A DNA stretch of 63,515 nt, filler included, from Collodictyon triciliatum (GCA_043381765.1; 16 parts of 16 records of this genome joined end to end with filler, not necessarily neighbours in it), one strand, 5' to 3'. Positions 10,516-24,223 are shown, numbered from the whole stretch's first letter. The notes: generated by a model from the letters alone, not told the origin. Program-made: numbers and translations.

Positions 10516-11239
10516 ATGGTCAAGCACAACAACATCATCCCGAACGGGCACTTCCACAAGCAATGGCAAGAGAACGTCAGAACCTGGTTCAACCAGCCTG
10601 GCCGCAAGCTCCGCCGCCGCCAAGCCCGCGTCCAGAAGGCTAAGGCCATCTTCCCCCGCCCCGTCGACGGCAAGCTTCGCCCAGTCGTCCACGCCCAAAC
10701 AGCCCGCTACAACATGAAGGTCCGCCTTGGACGCGGATTCACCCTCCAGGAGCTCAAGGTTTGATCGGTACCCGTCACCCAAATTCCGGCCTCTGTCGTT
10801 GATGCCCGCGTTCTCAGCTTCGCTGTGCTTGGTCCAGTTCTGAAGTACCAGCTGCGCCACCCTGGTCTCATTTATGCTAACACTGCAGGAGGCCAAGATC
10901 GCCGTCAACAAGGCCCGCTCCCTTGGAATTGCCGTCGACTATCGCCGCACCAACAAGTCCAACGAGGGTCTGCAGGCCAACGTCCAGCGCCTGAAGGAGT
11001 ACCTCGCCCGCGTTGTTGTCCTGGACGGAAAGAATACCGACGGTCAGACCCAAGCCAAGGGTGTCCTGCTGCCCATCCAGAAGGAGCCTGTCACATTCCC
11101 CGCCGTGACCATCACTGATGCCGACCGCAAGGCCTCTGCCTACTTCCTCCTCAAGTTCAACCGCGCTGCTGCCAAGCTCCAGGGACGCCGTGCCCTCCGC
11201 GCCAAGGCCAAGGCCAAGAAGGCTGAACTGGGCAAATAA
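10516..11239 (+). CDS. RPL13: 60S ribosomal protein L13 (eL13); exons 10516-10758 and 10889-11239
   Basis: [35 protein letters not shown]...[15 protein letters not shown]...[30 protein letters not shown] intron with a TGCTAAC branch site; strong C-ending codon bias. Confidence 0.98.
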
Positions 11240-11308
11240 ATGCTTTTCTGCTCATGAAGTAGTCATGTCGATCCAGTCGGATAGGGAAAGGCTTCGGCGC
11301 AGACCGTG

Positions 11309-11849
11309 TTTTTTTTTTATTCTTCCTTTCAATTGTGTGCAGGATGGTGAAGATGTTGGCTTTGGTTCGCCAGCCATCGTTTGCATGGGTGCCACTTGGA
11401 CGCTACTTGGTGGCAGAGAAGTAGTCAGTAATCAGGGATTGCATCCTGCGGTTTGGTCTGTAGCCTGGGTCTTGTGCTTGCATGAGAGAGGTAAGACGTG
11501 GTTTAATTTCTTCCTCGCTTCTTTCCACATGTCTCTTCTCACGGGGTCTGAGTAGTAGAGAACGTGCACGTGGCGAAGGAAGCTGTTGAGGAAAGAGATT
11601 TGTATGATGCAATCCAGCCTATTATCAGGAATGGGTGGCTGGTTGTTGACTCTTGCTTTGCGTGAGTATATGCGCGCTATCCACACAGTCCATAGCAAAT
11701 GGCCTCGCGTCACTGCCCAGAATGTTTTTGCCTCTGGACGCAGCTGTTGCAGAGGCCCAAATATCGCCTGGATTGGGCCAACAGCTGCAGCCGTCTTGAG
11801 TGTCAGTCGAAGAATCTCACCGGCTGTTTCGCGCAGGTTTTGAGCGAAG
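11309..11849 (-). mobile_element. L1/Tx1-like LINE ORF2 C-terminus, 3' UTR and poly(A) (family A), tail-to-tail with RPL13
   Basis: Open from the contig end: FAQNLRE...AIFG...LLWTVWIAR (the W-x-I-W-x-x-R motif that follows the ORF2 zinc knuckle). Stop at 11432; ends GAAAGGAAGAATAAAAAAAAAA. Three further truncated copies occur in the window. Confidence 0.8.
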
Positions 11850-11962
11850 NNNNNNNNNNNNNNNNNNNNNNNNNNNNNNNNNNNNNNNNNNNNTTAATTA
11901 ATTAANNNNNNNNNNNNNNNNNNNNNNNNNNNNNNNNNNNNNNNNNNNNTTATTTATTATTT

Positions 11963-12035
<73 letters not shown>

Positions 12036-12225
12036 AACAGCCATTAATTTAACTCGTACTTTCTTGCCTCGCGTGAACTTTGAACCGAATAAATGCAAAA
12101 AAAAAAAAAAAATCTTTTAACACACGAACGTTGACCCCAAACAAATCTGTGAAGCCAGAGTGATACTAAACAGGAATTATGTCAATATCAACCCTGGTGA
12201 TATTCGTAGGGTTGAATTTTCCGTC

Positions 12226-15200
12226 ATGGTTCGATACAACGAAGAAAGCCCGCTGCTGGAGCCTAACGAAAAGAACGGTATTTCGATTTTTGAGTATAAC
12301 ACCATATATTCACGAAATGCAATTTTGAGTAACTTTTTTTAAAAAAAAAAAACATATATTATGTTCATATCTTTTGAACAGCTTCTTCCATATTTCATCC
12401 TTCTTTCACATTGAGTATAACATCGATCGACTTCTTTGAAAAGGAAAATTGTAAACCGTAATTGTTTTGAATTTATGCGCATTAAACAGCAAAGGTATAC
12501 CTAATTTAAGAATCAGAGCTCCTTGATTTTAAATTATTCAATATGGTGTTGTGTAAAAGGGAAGCTGAATCCTCTCTTGATTGGTCGTAACTGTCGTGAT
12601 GCGCTATTCCTTTTTATTTTCATCGCTTTCTGTGTGGGGATGGTTATTATCAGTGGTTTCGCTTTTGTTTATGGAGACGTTGACAGGTCAATGCAAATTC
12701 ATATCCCTTTTAAACCCCAGCTCCGTGAATACATAATTTAAAACTACTTATCACGACCGCATGAAATAAGAAAAAAGAATCATTAAGAATCATATTGTTG
12801 TGATTGGATTGGATTATTATCAACCAAATTATTATCTTCTTACTTTATAGACTCAAATATGGGACTGACTATGTTGGGGATATATGTGGCAATGAAGGCC
12901 GGGGGAAATACACATATTGGCTCGATCCTATCAATGAAGTAACAAACACATCAATTCTTTTTATGAAAACCTTGAATAAACACAAGATTAGTGCATATCT
13001 CGATTTTAATTTATCTTCTTTTTTTTTTCCTTTATAGAGCAACTGGAAATATAAAATATGCGTTCAGCAATGCCCTAACAACATCACTCCACTCAACTTA
13101 ACAGACTCGTCCAACCTAAAAAACGTAAAAATGAATTTCCTTTTATCGGCAATAAGATTTTGATGCCTTATTGCTCTCGTTAAATGAGCAGGACTGATAA
13201 TATGTTATGCAAGCTTTCTGCACAAAATTGAAAGGAAGAATAAAAAAAATGTTATGCAAGTTTTTTTTTCATTTGCTCCTCTTTTTTTCTTTTAATTCGT
13301 TTTTAGAATGTGCGTTGTCAATACGGTCTTGAACCGAGCTTAGATTCTGATGGACGACTTATAAACGGATGCTATCCAGCGTATAACTCGGAATCAGGTT
13401 GTCTCTCAATCATAATTCTTTGCTTATAAGATCATTTATATAGAGCATATCGCCTCCTTGTTACCCCTATACGTATGATTGTTTACCTTTGTACCATGGG
13501 CACTAGTTTTGTATCGATGTATTCCATCAACTTGTCCGGAAGACCAAGATACAGGATATATTCCCGAGAGCTGTGATAAAGTCATGGATGATAGTATAAA
13601 TGATGTTGGAAGGGAAGTTGAACGGATGATGTCAGATATATCTGATTCATGGGAGGTAAAGACCATTCAATCAATGTATAGTCATGCTGTTCGTCGGACT
13701 TTCTTTGTTTCCTCGATAACCATGTTTAACATGTAATTGTTATTTCTAATGAGAATGTATCAATTTTGAAAATTAATTTGTTAGGTAATCCTAATTGCCT
13801 GTGGGTTTGCTATTATTGTTTCATTTCTATGGTTATTCATCGTCCGCCTTTTCGCTGGGCTCATTGTGTGGTTGACATTAATTGGATTGGTGATCTCGTC
13901 AATCGCATTTACTGTTTACTTGTTTATCAAAGGTTTACATGCTTCCACATCGATATTTCTCTATAGTCCATATTTAATTATTAGTATAATCGTGAATTTA
14001 ATAGATTTATAATATTAATAGCCGGTGACTTGGAAGCAAACGATAAAGTTAATATTAAACCAGCTGAGGACAACCAGGTGATGACTTACTCTCTTCAATC
14101 TGTGATTATTTTGGGTGAATATAGAGTCGAAGGAAAACTGTTTGTTTTTTCTGCAACCAGAATTTTTAATAAGGCTTTGAGGTTTAGGACAACATTAGGA
14201 TACTTGGATATGCATTTATCGGACTCACAGTGTTGCTTATATGCTTGATTGTATTCATGGCTAAAGTTAGTCTAATATACAACAAGCGTAACCCCTTATG
14301 TATCGCAGCGGAAAATATCACTTGATGTGACTAACTCACACACCCCTTTTTTATTTCGTAATGTAGAGAATTCATTTTGCCATTAAAATAATTCAAGAAG
14401 CTACGTATGCAGTTGTTGCTGTCAAAAGCTTGGTTTTTTTTCCCTTTATCACAGCTATATCCATCGGGTGCTTTCTTGTTGGCTGGATTTTCATCGCTAT
14501 GTGTGATTTCCAAATAAGAATTCAGCTGAATATATTATTATATGTATTTAGTTTTTTTTTCCATTCCATTTTAATTATAATTCTATTCATTGATGAGTGA
14601 TTTTTACAGAATTCTTTTTTGCATTAGATATCTCGCCTCCTCTGGAAATTTCAATGACTCTAGCATGGAGTACGAACAGAGTGATACACTCAAGGTTACA
14701 CGATGAATTTTGAGTTGCTCGTTCTTTTTGGTGGGGTGGCATGAGCTGCTTTCTTGTTAATAACTATGTATGAATAGTATTTAATTTACTTTAGAGATTG
14801 ATGGTTTATCATTTCTTTGGATTGCTGTGGGTCTCTGGTTTTTTAATTGCCATCGCCCAAACGACTATGGCAATGGTCTTTTCCACTTGGTATTGGACCA
14901 GAGAACCTAAGGTATCAACGTTTTGTCGTTTTGTTAGTTTTTTTACAGGATATTTTGGTTCGTTGATTCGAAAATATATGACCTCAACGATGGGAAAAAA
15001 CAAAATAAATTTGTATATTCATTAATCCTAACTAATTTTTATTTCATATTGCCTTCTCAAATGAAAAAAAAAATATCTATCAGGAGTTACCCGATGATGT
15101 TGTATGGCAAAGTTTTACCCGAACTGTCAAATACCACAGTGGGTCGATGGCCCTGGGTTCCCTTATATTGGCGTTTGTCCAGCTTATTCGCAGTATATTT

Positions 15201-15473
15201 GTTAGTAGTCACTTTTTATTTTACTTTTTTTTTTGGTTAAAGGATGTAAATTATTTAATAGCAAATGATGCTATCTGTTTTTGTTTTTGTTTTTTTCCAA
15301 ATGTAGTCATCTGACCTACTCCATTATCGTATCAACAGGAATACGTCCAGCATAAGCAGGAAGAATCAAATCAAGATAACACTGTTGTCAAAATGATTGG
15401 CTGTTGCATTCGTTGTTGCTTGGATTGCTTTGAAAGATTTATAAAATTCTTGAACAAGAATGCTTACATAATG
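12226..15473 (+). CDS. Choline transporter-like protein (CTL/SLC44), multi-exon, 3'-partial
   Basis: RNCRDALFLFIF...GDVDRLKYGTDYVGDICG; YHFFGLLWVSGFLIAIAQTTMAMVFSTWYW; YHSGSMALGSLILA; CCLDCFERFIKFLNKNAYIM. Confidence 0.93.
13202..13264 (+). mobile_element. 31-nt LINE family A 3' tip with 16-bp TSD in a CTL intron
   Basis: ATGTTATGCAAGCTTT and ATGTTATGCAAGTTTT flank CTGCACAAAATTGAAAGGAAGAAT(A)n, identical to the end of the 33254-33353 copy. Confidence 0.88.
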
Positions 15474-15581
15474 GTACCAAAATCATTATGAGGAAATACA
15501 TATTTCCGTTGTTTTCAATATAAGTGAAATCGGTCGATTGTTCATTAGTCTGAACAATCAATCTTAAGATATATCATATGC

Positions 15582-15829
15582 ATATTTTCTATTTTTTTTT
15601 ATTTTCTATTTTTTTATTTTCTATTTTTTTATTTTCTATTTTTTTATTTTCTATTTTTTATTTTCTATTTTTTTATTTTCTATTTTTTTATTTTCTATTT
15701 TTTTATTTTCTATTTTTTTATTTTCTATTTTTTTATTTTCTATTTTTTATTTTCTATTTTTTATTTTCTATTTTTTATTTTCTATTTTTTATTTTCTATT
15801 TTTTATTTTCTATTTTTTATTTTCTATTT
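15582..15829 (+). repeat. Degenerate (ATTTTCTATTTTTT)n minisatellite at the contig end
   Basis: Visible 14-16 nt periodicity. Confidence 0.9.
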
Positions 15830-15929
15830 NNNNNNNNNNNNNNNNNNNNNNNNNNNNNNNNNNNNNNNNNNNNTTAATTAATTAANNNNNNNNNNNNNNN
15901 NNNNNNNNNNNNNNNNNNNNNNNNNNNNN

Positions 15930-16285
15930 GTTTTCTATCTGTTTTCTATCTGTTTTCTATCTGTTTTCTATCTGTTTTCTATCTGTTTTCTATCTGTTTT
16001 CTATCTGTTTTCTATCTGTTTTCTATCTATTTTCTATCTGTTTTCTATCTGTTTTCTATCTGCTTTCTATCTGCTTTCTATCTGCTTTCTATCTGCTTTC
16101 TATCTGTTTTCTATCTATTTTCTATCTGTTTTCTATCTGCTTTCTATCTGCTTTCTATCTGCTTTCTATCTGCTTTCTATCTGCTTTCTATCTGCTTTCT
16201 ATCTGTTTTCTATCTATTTTCTATCTGTTTTCTATCTGTTTTCTATCTGCTTTCTATCTGCTTTCTATCTGCTTTCCATCTGTTT
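15930..16285 (+). repeat. 11-bp minisatellite (GTTTTCTATCT/GCTTTCTATCT)n
   Basis: About 32 tandem 11-mers. Confidence 0.95.
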
Positions 16286-16387
16286 TTTATATTTTATATA
16301 TTTTTTCTATCTATCCCACTTATTTTTGTGTTTCTTTATTCATACGTACATTTTTTTCCCCACTTAACTCAATTTGCATATTCCAAG

Positions 16388-16904
16388 GTGGCCACCTCCG
16401 TGACAGGATTTCCAATCGAGCTGCAGAGTGTAAAGTTTTATGTGCCCTCGCCAAATGGAAACCTCGTCTGTGTTGTGCGCTCGAATAAGCAAGACAAGAG
16501 CACCGAAGACACTATCGAGGTGGTTCTTTTCTTCAATACAAAGAATGGATATCTTTATGCGAAGTTAATGTAATTGAATGACTTTTCGCTCGATGAACCT
16601 CAACTTTTTACAACTCTTTCTAATCAATTCGCCCATGACTCATTATTATCCCACATTTGACAAAGAATCACACTTAATGATTAGATATGGTCCAGAGTGG
16701 GACTTGTCACGCAAAAAGCGACAGGGAAAATCCATGGAGAACTCTATTCTGATGGTATGCTTTGTAAATTTGAGGGTGAATGTAGGAATAATACTTTGTT
16801 CTGCGGAATCTTTGCTAATATGAAGAAAGAGGAACAGATGACTTTTTTTATGTATTGTACAAGGGAAGCGGTGTGCTATTGACCAATTAAAACTATGCTT
16901 ATCA

Positions 16905-16958
<54 letters not shown>

Positions 16959-19551
16959 ACCCTTCTTTATCTGCAATCTGACGCAGGTACCATCGGAACT
17001 CTTTCTTGGGACTCTGATGGAAGTAAAATATTATATGTGGCAGAAGAGCAAATGCCCAAGAACGCCCATTTTTTTGACGAAGCCTCAGACTTGAGTAAGC
17101 CTCGATTGATGTCAATTCTGTTTATGGAATCCATTTGTTGTTCGTTCTTATGATAATCCTTGCAATACTTTATCCCCTTTAGGATCGATTCCTCTGAGCA
17201 ATCGTGTAAGATTTATTATGAGCCATTTGTCAACGAATGAAATATTATACTCTATTGTATGGAATTTAAAAAAATGCTAATCAAATTGAATATCAGTCTG
17301 AGTTTTACAAATACCAGCAAGATTGGGGTTTGTATACTGAACAAATTTGGACACAAGACAGAGATAATTCAGGATTTTGTGAAATTATTGTTTTTATATA
17401 TTTTTTTATTTCCCAATTCCCTATCTAATATCAAGCTACAATCCATATTTGCTTGAACAGGGGAGCAGATGCCAAAAACATTTAATAGCCGCATCTTTAT
17501 TTTTGATGTTCATACGTCCAACATCCAATCTTTTCCGAAGCTTTCGTCGGACCACGTGTATGGACAGGTTCTTTTCTGTCATTTATATGAGTATAGTATC
17601 AAACTCCTCTTAGATTTTAGAATGCATCGTAATATTGCACAATAAACCCCTCCAATCGAAGCTGTTACTTTTACGTGTTAAAAAAATATTTCAAATCGCC
17701 TTTGGTAGCCATCTTTTTCGAAGGATGGAGATACGATTGTCTTCGTTGGGTGGGAAGTCACTCCTCGTCGCTACGGGCTTCGTTATTGCGAAAACAGACC
17801 GTAGGAACAGTTTCTTGCGCTATCCTACATCTGCTCATCCTTTTTGAAATATTTTGCTTTCATTTCATTTCAATCTTAACTTCTTTTTTTTACCCCAAAG
17901 TACGTCATGCAACTTTGATTGAATATATATGTATGTCCTCTTTTCGTTTCTTTTTCTTTTTTTTTTTTTTTTTGCGATAAGGTCAAAGATTTTTAAAATG
18001 GCTTCAAATGGAAATGAAGAAGCAGGTATGAATCGTTTTATGTAGCAGGAGTTCCACTGGATAAAATTTATTATTATGAACTGAATTCATGTCTATCCAG
18101 CTGTCATTTCGCCCAAGGATGGCCACTTTTTTTTCGACCCACGCTTTTCGCCAAATGGAAAAAATTTGGTTAGTGCCAATAATACTCTATTATTGAATTG
18201 CATTGTCCTATTATTTTGAGTTATGGCTTCCCTTGGAAACAAAGTTTGAATAATGAAAAAATTTGCAGTTGTTTTTGTCTGTTAAAAATCCAAATGCTCA
18301 TGCAAGCAATACTGCGGCCTATGTGGTATGTTTACATATATTTTTACTTCTTGTGGCAAAACCCTTTTCAAATCTGCAGCCCTTCATGATATGATTATAT
18401 TGCGAAGCACATAGCACATTTCTGAAATGTCAGACGGTTGACTCTGATTCGCCGTCACAACTTTACTTTCTGTGCTTCATATGACTCTGTAATTGGATTA
18501 CCCGCTTGAAGCTTGATTGGCAAACAGGAAATACGCGTTTGCTTGTTGACTATGTAGCAAATCCAGAGTCTGTTGGTGCCTTTCCCGGACTTTACTTTGC
18601 ACATCCCGAAACAAATCCGTGGATAAACGACAATCAAATCATCCTCACTTCTCGGTGGGGATTCAGCCATGTAAGGGTAGTTGAATTAAAAATAGAAAAA
18701 TTAAAAACAACAAAAAAGATGATTAGCCTTATAAAGAAATACCATATCACTTGTTTCTTCCTTTGTGACGCGTGAAAAAGCTAATATTTAACAATCTATG
18801 GTTTCTTTAAAAAAAAAAATACAAAATAGTTTACTAATTCTTGTCGCTACGACATTTAGAGCTTGCTTCTCATAGATGTGGATACTGGTGCGTTAAAGAA
18901 AATCGGAGACCCAGGCGAGTTGCATCTGTAGACAGAAGACCGTAGATAATGTGTCATTCTAGATTATTCATCTTTGAATCAAAGGGACAACAAAATATGT
19001 GTAATCGCTCATATATGAATGATTAGAATATTCATGGAGATTGGTTTCATCTGTACCAAGCACACCCGAATTGCCTGGCTTGATTGTCCTCGTAAAATCG
19101 AAACTTTCCGAGCCCCCATCGCTGGTGAGTCTCCTGTTTACATAATTTTTACCTTACTTGAATTATATCTGAGGAAAAGTCTATCGCTACGTTCTAAGTT
19201 TAGGTGGCTGCGGTGAGGTTTATGTCATCGCATTAAGTTAACCGTTCACGAATCGTGTTTAGGATATTGCGCTGGTGCCCGTCTCTGGCTTGGAAGATGT
19301 GGCTCAAGTCCCATTGGTTGAATCACAGCCAGGTTCTTATATTCATTAAGTATCAGAAAAACGACGCGGTATTTGAGCTATATCGGCTGATTAGGTTTAA
19401 AGACCTTAAAAGAGAAAGTTAGGGCTCGTATTTATGATTCGAAGCTTATACTTTTTTCTCATGTCGTTGTTTTTTGGCACCGCGCAGATGAGCTCATCAA
19501 CAAACTTGTTCACGAAGTCATCCCACTGCACGCAGAGGGACATCCAATCGG
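16388..19551 (+). CDS. APEH: Acylaminoacyl-peptidase (S9C) N-terminal beta-propeller, multi-exon, partial at both ends
   Basis: FPIELQSVKFYVPSPNG; IHGELYSDGTIGTLSWDSDGSKILYVAEE; YQQDWGEQM; YGQAIFS...IVFVGW...RRYGLRYCENRP; PRFSPNGK; FPGLY; SWRL...SEPPSL. Confidence 0.88.
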
Positions 19552-19907
19552 GTGCAAATTAATTAAACCAATTTCATTTTCATTTTATTTTTTCTTCTTT
19601 TTCTTCTTTTTCTTCTTTTTCTTCTTTTTCTTCTTTTTCTTCTTTTCTTTCTTTTTCTTTCTTTTTCTTTCTTTTTCTTTCTTTTTTCTTTTCTTTTTCT
19701 TTTCTTTTTTCTTTTCTTTTTTCTTTCTTTTTTCTTTCTTTTTTCTTTCTTTTTTCTTTCTTTTTTCTTTCTTTTTTCTTTCTTTTTTCTTTCTTTTTTC
19801 TTTCTTTNNNNNNNNNNNNNNNNNNNNNNNNNNNNNNNNNNNNNNNNNNNNTTAATTAATTAANNNNNNNNNNNNNNNNNNNNNNNNNNNNNNNNNNNNN
19901 NNNNNNN

Positions 19908-22900
19908 ACGAAGTCTGGTTCACACAAGACCCGCAAAGGCTCCCCGCTGTGCCGAACGTCGACGAAGTCTGCTTCACACAAGACCCACGAAGGCTCTGCG
20001 TTATGCCGGAATACGACGAAGTCTGCTTCGCACAAGACCCGCAAAGGCTCTGCACTATGCCAGAATACTTCGCAGTCTGCTTCACACAAGACCCTCGAAG
20101 GATCTCCACTATGCCGGAATACGACGAAGTCTGCTTCACACACACAAAGACACACAGAGGCACTCCACTATGCCGAGATACGACGCAGTCTGCTTCACGC
20201 AAGACCCACGAAGGCCCTCCACTATGTTGGGATGAGACGAAGTCTGCTCCACACAAGACCCACAAAGGCTCTACACTATGCCGAATACGACGAAGTCTGC
20301 CTCACATAAGACCCACAAAGGCTCTACACTATGCCGAATACGACGAAGTCTGCCTCACATAAGACCCGCAAAGGCTCTCCATTATGCTGGACGTCGACGA
20401 AGTCTGCCTCACATAAGACCCGCAAAGGCTCTCCATTATGCCGGACGTCGACGAAGTCTGCCTCACATAAGACCCGCAAAGGCTCTCCATTATGCCCGAA
20501 CGTCGACGAAGTCTGCTTCACACACAACCCGCAAAGGTTGTGCGTTATGCCCGGATACGAAAACTGTAAGTCTCGTGAAATCAAAAAATCTATTTTTAGC
20601 TTTGCATCGAGCACTTTGATTTGTGCAAGCACATACCTAGCAGATGTTTTGTTATAATTCATATGGAAGGATTTTTACCATAAAGGAGAATAATAGAATT
20701 TCTCCTGTCAAAAATAGAGCAGTCTGTGTCCGGATATGGGGAACATTCGAAGCCCAATTAACTGTTTAATGAACGACGAAGTCTGCTTCGCTCACAAAAG
20801 ACCCGCAAAGGCTCCACTATGCCGGACGTCGACGAAATCTGCTTTACACACAATCCTCGAAGGCTCTCCACTATGCCGGAATACGACGAAGTCTGCTCCA
20901 CACACAACCCTCGAAGGCTCTCCACTATGCCCGAATACGACGAAGTCTGCTCCACACACAACCCTCGAAGGCTCTCCACTATGCCGGAATACGACACAGT
21001 CTGCTTCACACAAGACACAAGGCACACAGAAGCTCTCCACTATGCCCGAATACGACGAAGTCTGCTTCACACACACAACCCTCGAAGGCTCTCCACTATG
21101 CCGGAATACGACGAAGTCTGCTTCACACACGCAAGACACGCAAAGGATCTCCATTATGCTGAACGTCGACGAAGTCTGCTTCACACACAAGACCCGCAAA
21201 GGCTCTCCACTATGCCGGAATACGACGCAGTCTGCTCCACACAAGACCCGCAAAGGATCTCCACTATGCCGAACGTCGACGCAGTCTGCCTCACACAAGA
21301 CCCGCAGAGGCTCTCCACTATGCCGGGATGTGAAGATGTCTGCTTCACACACAACCCTCAAAGGCTCTCCACTATGCCGGAATACGACGAAGTCTGCTTC
21401 ACACACGCAAGACACGCAAAGGCTCTCCACTATGCCGGAATGTGACGATGTTTGCTTCACACACACAAGGCACACAGAAGCTCTCCACTATGCCCTAATA
21501 CGACGCAGTCTGCTTCACACACACAAGACCCACAAAGACTCCACTATGCCGAACGTCGACGAAGTCTGCCTCACACGCACAACCCTCGAAGGCTCCACTA
21601 TGCTGGGATGTGACGACGAAGTCTGCTTCACACACAAGACCCACAAAGGCTCTCCACTATGCCTAACGTCGACGAAGTCTGCTTCACACAAGACCCACAA
21701 AGGTTCCCCACTATGCCGGACTGCAACGAAGTCTGCTCCACACAAGACCCGCAAAGGATCTCCATTATGCCGAACGTCGACGAAGTCTGCCTCACTCAAG
21801 ACCCTCAAAGGCCCTCCACTATGCCGGAATACGATGCAGTCTGCTTCACACACAAGACCCGCAAAGGCTCTCCACTATGCCGGAATGTGACGATGTTTGC
21901 TTCACACACACAAGGCACACAGAAGCTCTCCACTATGCCGGGATACGACGCAGTCTGCTTCACACAAGACACACGACCCGCAGACGCTCTCCACTATGCC
22001 CGAATACGACGAAATTTGCTTCACACACACAACCCTCGAAGGTCTCCACTATGCCGGAATATGACGAAGTCTGCTTCACACACGCAAGACACGCAAAGGC
22101 TCTCCACTATGCCGGTATACGACGCAGTCTGCTTCACACACAAGACACACAGAGGCTCTCCACTATGCCGGTATACGACGCAGTCTGCTTCACACACACA
22201 AGACACAAACCTCAAAGGCTCTCCACTATGCCGGGGTACGACGAAGTCTGCTTCACACACAATCCTCAAAGGCTCTCCACTATGCTGAATACGAAAACCG
22301 TAAGTCTTAACCATTCATATATTCTATTTTGCTCTTCGCTTCAGGCACTTTGTTTTTTTCCTCCATACACTTAGTCGATGTTTTTGCTCTAATACATAAA
22401 GAAAGGTTTATTCATGCATGAAGTAGAATAATTGAATTTCTCGTGGAAAATAGAGCAATATGTGTCCGGCCATGTGAACTTTCGAAGCCCAATTCCTGTT
22501 TATTGAGCAACAAAGTCGAATCGCGGACCATCAAGGGCTCTGCACTATGCCGGAATACGAAAACCGTAAGTCTTAAGCAACCAGAAATTATGTTTTTCAT
22601 CGCATATAGCACTTTATTTTGTGCAAGCACACACTTAGTCGACGTTTTTTTGTTATAATTCATATAGAAGGCTTATTCATGCATAGAGCACAAAAATTGA
22701 ATTATCCTTGCGTAAATAGTGCGTCGGGTTATGTGAACATTCGAAGCCTAATTCCCTGTTTATTGAGCAACAAAGTCGAATCGCGGACCATCAAAGGCTC
22801 TCCACTATGCCCGAATACGAAAACCGTAAGTCTGCTTCGCACTAAGAACACGCAGAGGCTCTCCACTATGCCGGAATACGACGAAGTCTGCTTCACACAC

Positions 22901-23240
22901 ACAAGACACAAACCTCAAAGGCTCTCCACTATGCCGGAATACGACGCTGTCTGCTTCGCACTAAGAACTGCAAAGGCTCTCCACTATGCCCGGAATACGA
23001 AAACTGTAAGTCTTAAGTAATCAGATATTTTATTTTCCATCTCTTCACTTTGAGCACTTTGTTTTTTTCCTCTATACATTAGTCGATGTTTTTTTTATTA
23101 TAATTCATACGGAAGGTTTATTCGTGCATAGAGCATAAAAATTGAATTTTTCTTGTGAAAATAGTGCGATATGTGTCAGTTATGGGGAACATTCGAAGCC
23201 TAATTCCCTGTTTATTGAGCAACAAAGTCGAATCGCGGAC
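19908..23240 (+). repeat. Complex tandem array: roughly 40-45 copies of a ~54-bp unit interleaved with 4 copies of a ~230-bp AT-rich module
   Basis: Unit consensus CTCTCCACTATGCCGGAATACGACGAAGTCTGCTTCACACAAGACCCGCAAAGG. Modules lie at about 20560-20775, 22292-22530, 22560-22790 and 23000-23240, each starting GAAAACYGTAAGTCT and containing TTCGAAGCCYAATT..CTGTTTA. Confidence 0.95.
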
Positions 23241-23894
23241 ACGAGACACAACACATCCCCGTCCACGTGCAGACGTGAAGAACTTCAGGTGAGTATCATT
23301 CACAAACATTTTTATCATTAAGAGAATTTCTTATTTTCTCCATTATCCATTACAACAATTCGAAACACTTGAGCAATTTTTTCAGCTTTTCGATAATCAA
23401 AGAACCCATAATAAAGTCTCGACAATCCATTTTCCAATGTGCATTATCCAGTTTCTGATTGCAGAATTTCGGCCACTCTCCAACCGCAGCGACGCCGGAC
23501 TTAGCACAAAGAGACGCATCCGTGCAGGTGATTCAGGAAACCACGAACATGCGGCAACTCCTCCGCACCAACGCGACTCATGTGGCCACCCCCAGTATTC
23601 CCAGAACCATATGGCAATTCCCAGGTCTTTGGTGACGCCCGGTGACGCACGCGACAAGCACCAGGCTATTCCCAAGACTTTCGGTGCAAGAGGTCAACCT
23701 TGGCTGTGGCCAACCCCGAACCGGTGAATTTCCAAGGAAGCACAAGCACACAAGTTCTGCACAAGTCGTCTTCTCTGAAAAATCCNNNNNNNNNNNNNNN
23801 NNNNNNNNNNNNNNNNNNNNNNNNNNNNNTTAATTAATTAANNNNNNNNNNNNNNNNNNNNNNNNNNNNNNNNNNNNNNNNNNNNAAAAAAAAA

Positions 23895-23925
<31 letters not shown>

Positions 23926-24223
23926 CAAAACAAAACAAAACAAAACAAAACAAAACAAAACAAAACAAAACAAAACAAAAAAACAAAACAAAAAGCAACA
24001 AAACAAAAACAAAAAGCAACAAAACAAAAACAAAAACAAAAAACGAAAAAATAAAAAAAAGTCGCACACTGGTATTATAATAAATTTTAAAGCTCGGCAA
24101 TAGTCTTCAGCAGCTGGTATTCTTTTTATGTTTTCCCGCAGCGTTGTGATTGATATTTGCATCTGAACGCATAGAGTTGACTAATTACTTCGTAAGAGTT
24201 TCAAGAAGAAAAGCGGCTCAGAC

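Noticed and set aside
19908-23240. CRISPR array, or repeat-protein ORFs (MPEYDEVCFT..., RKGSPLCR...)
   Set aside because: The variable parts are short, related, recurring CA-rich variants rather than unique spacers, no cas genes are present, and indels switch frames. The ORFs arise because 54 is a multiple of 3.
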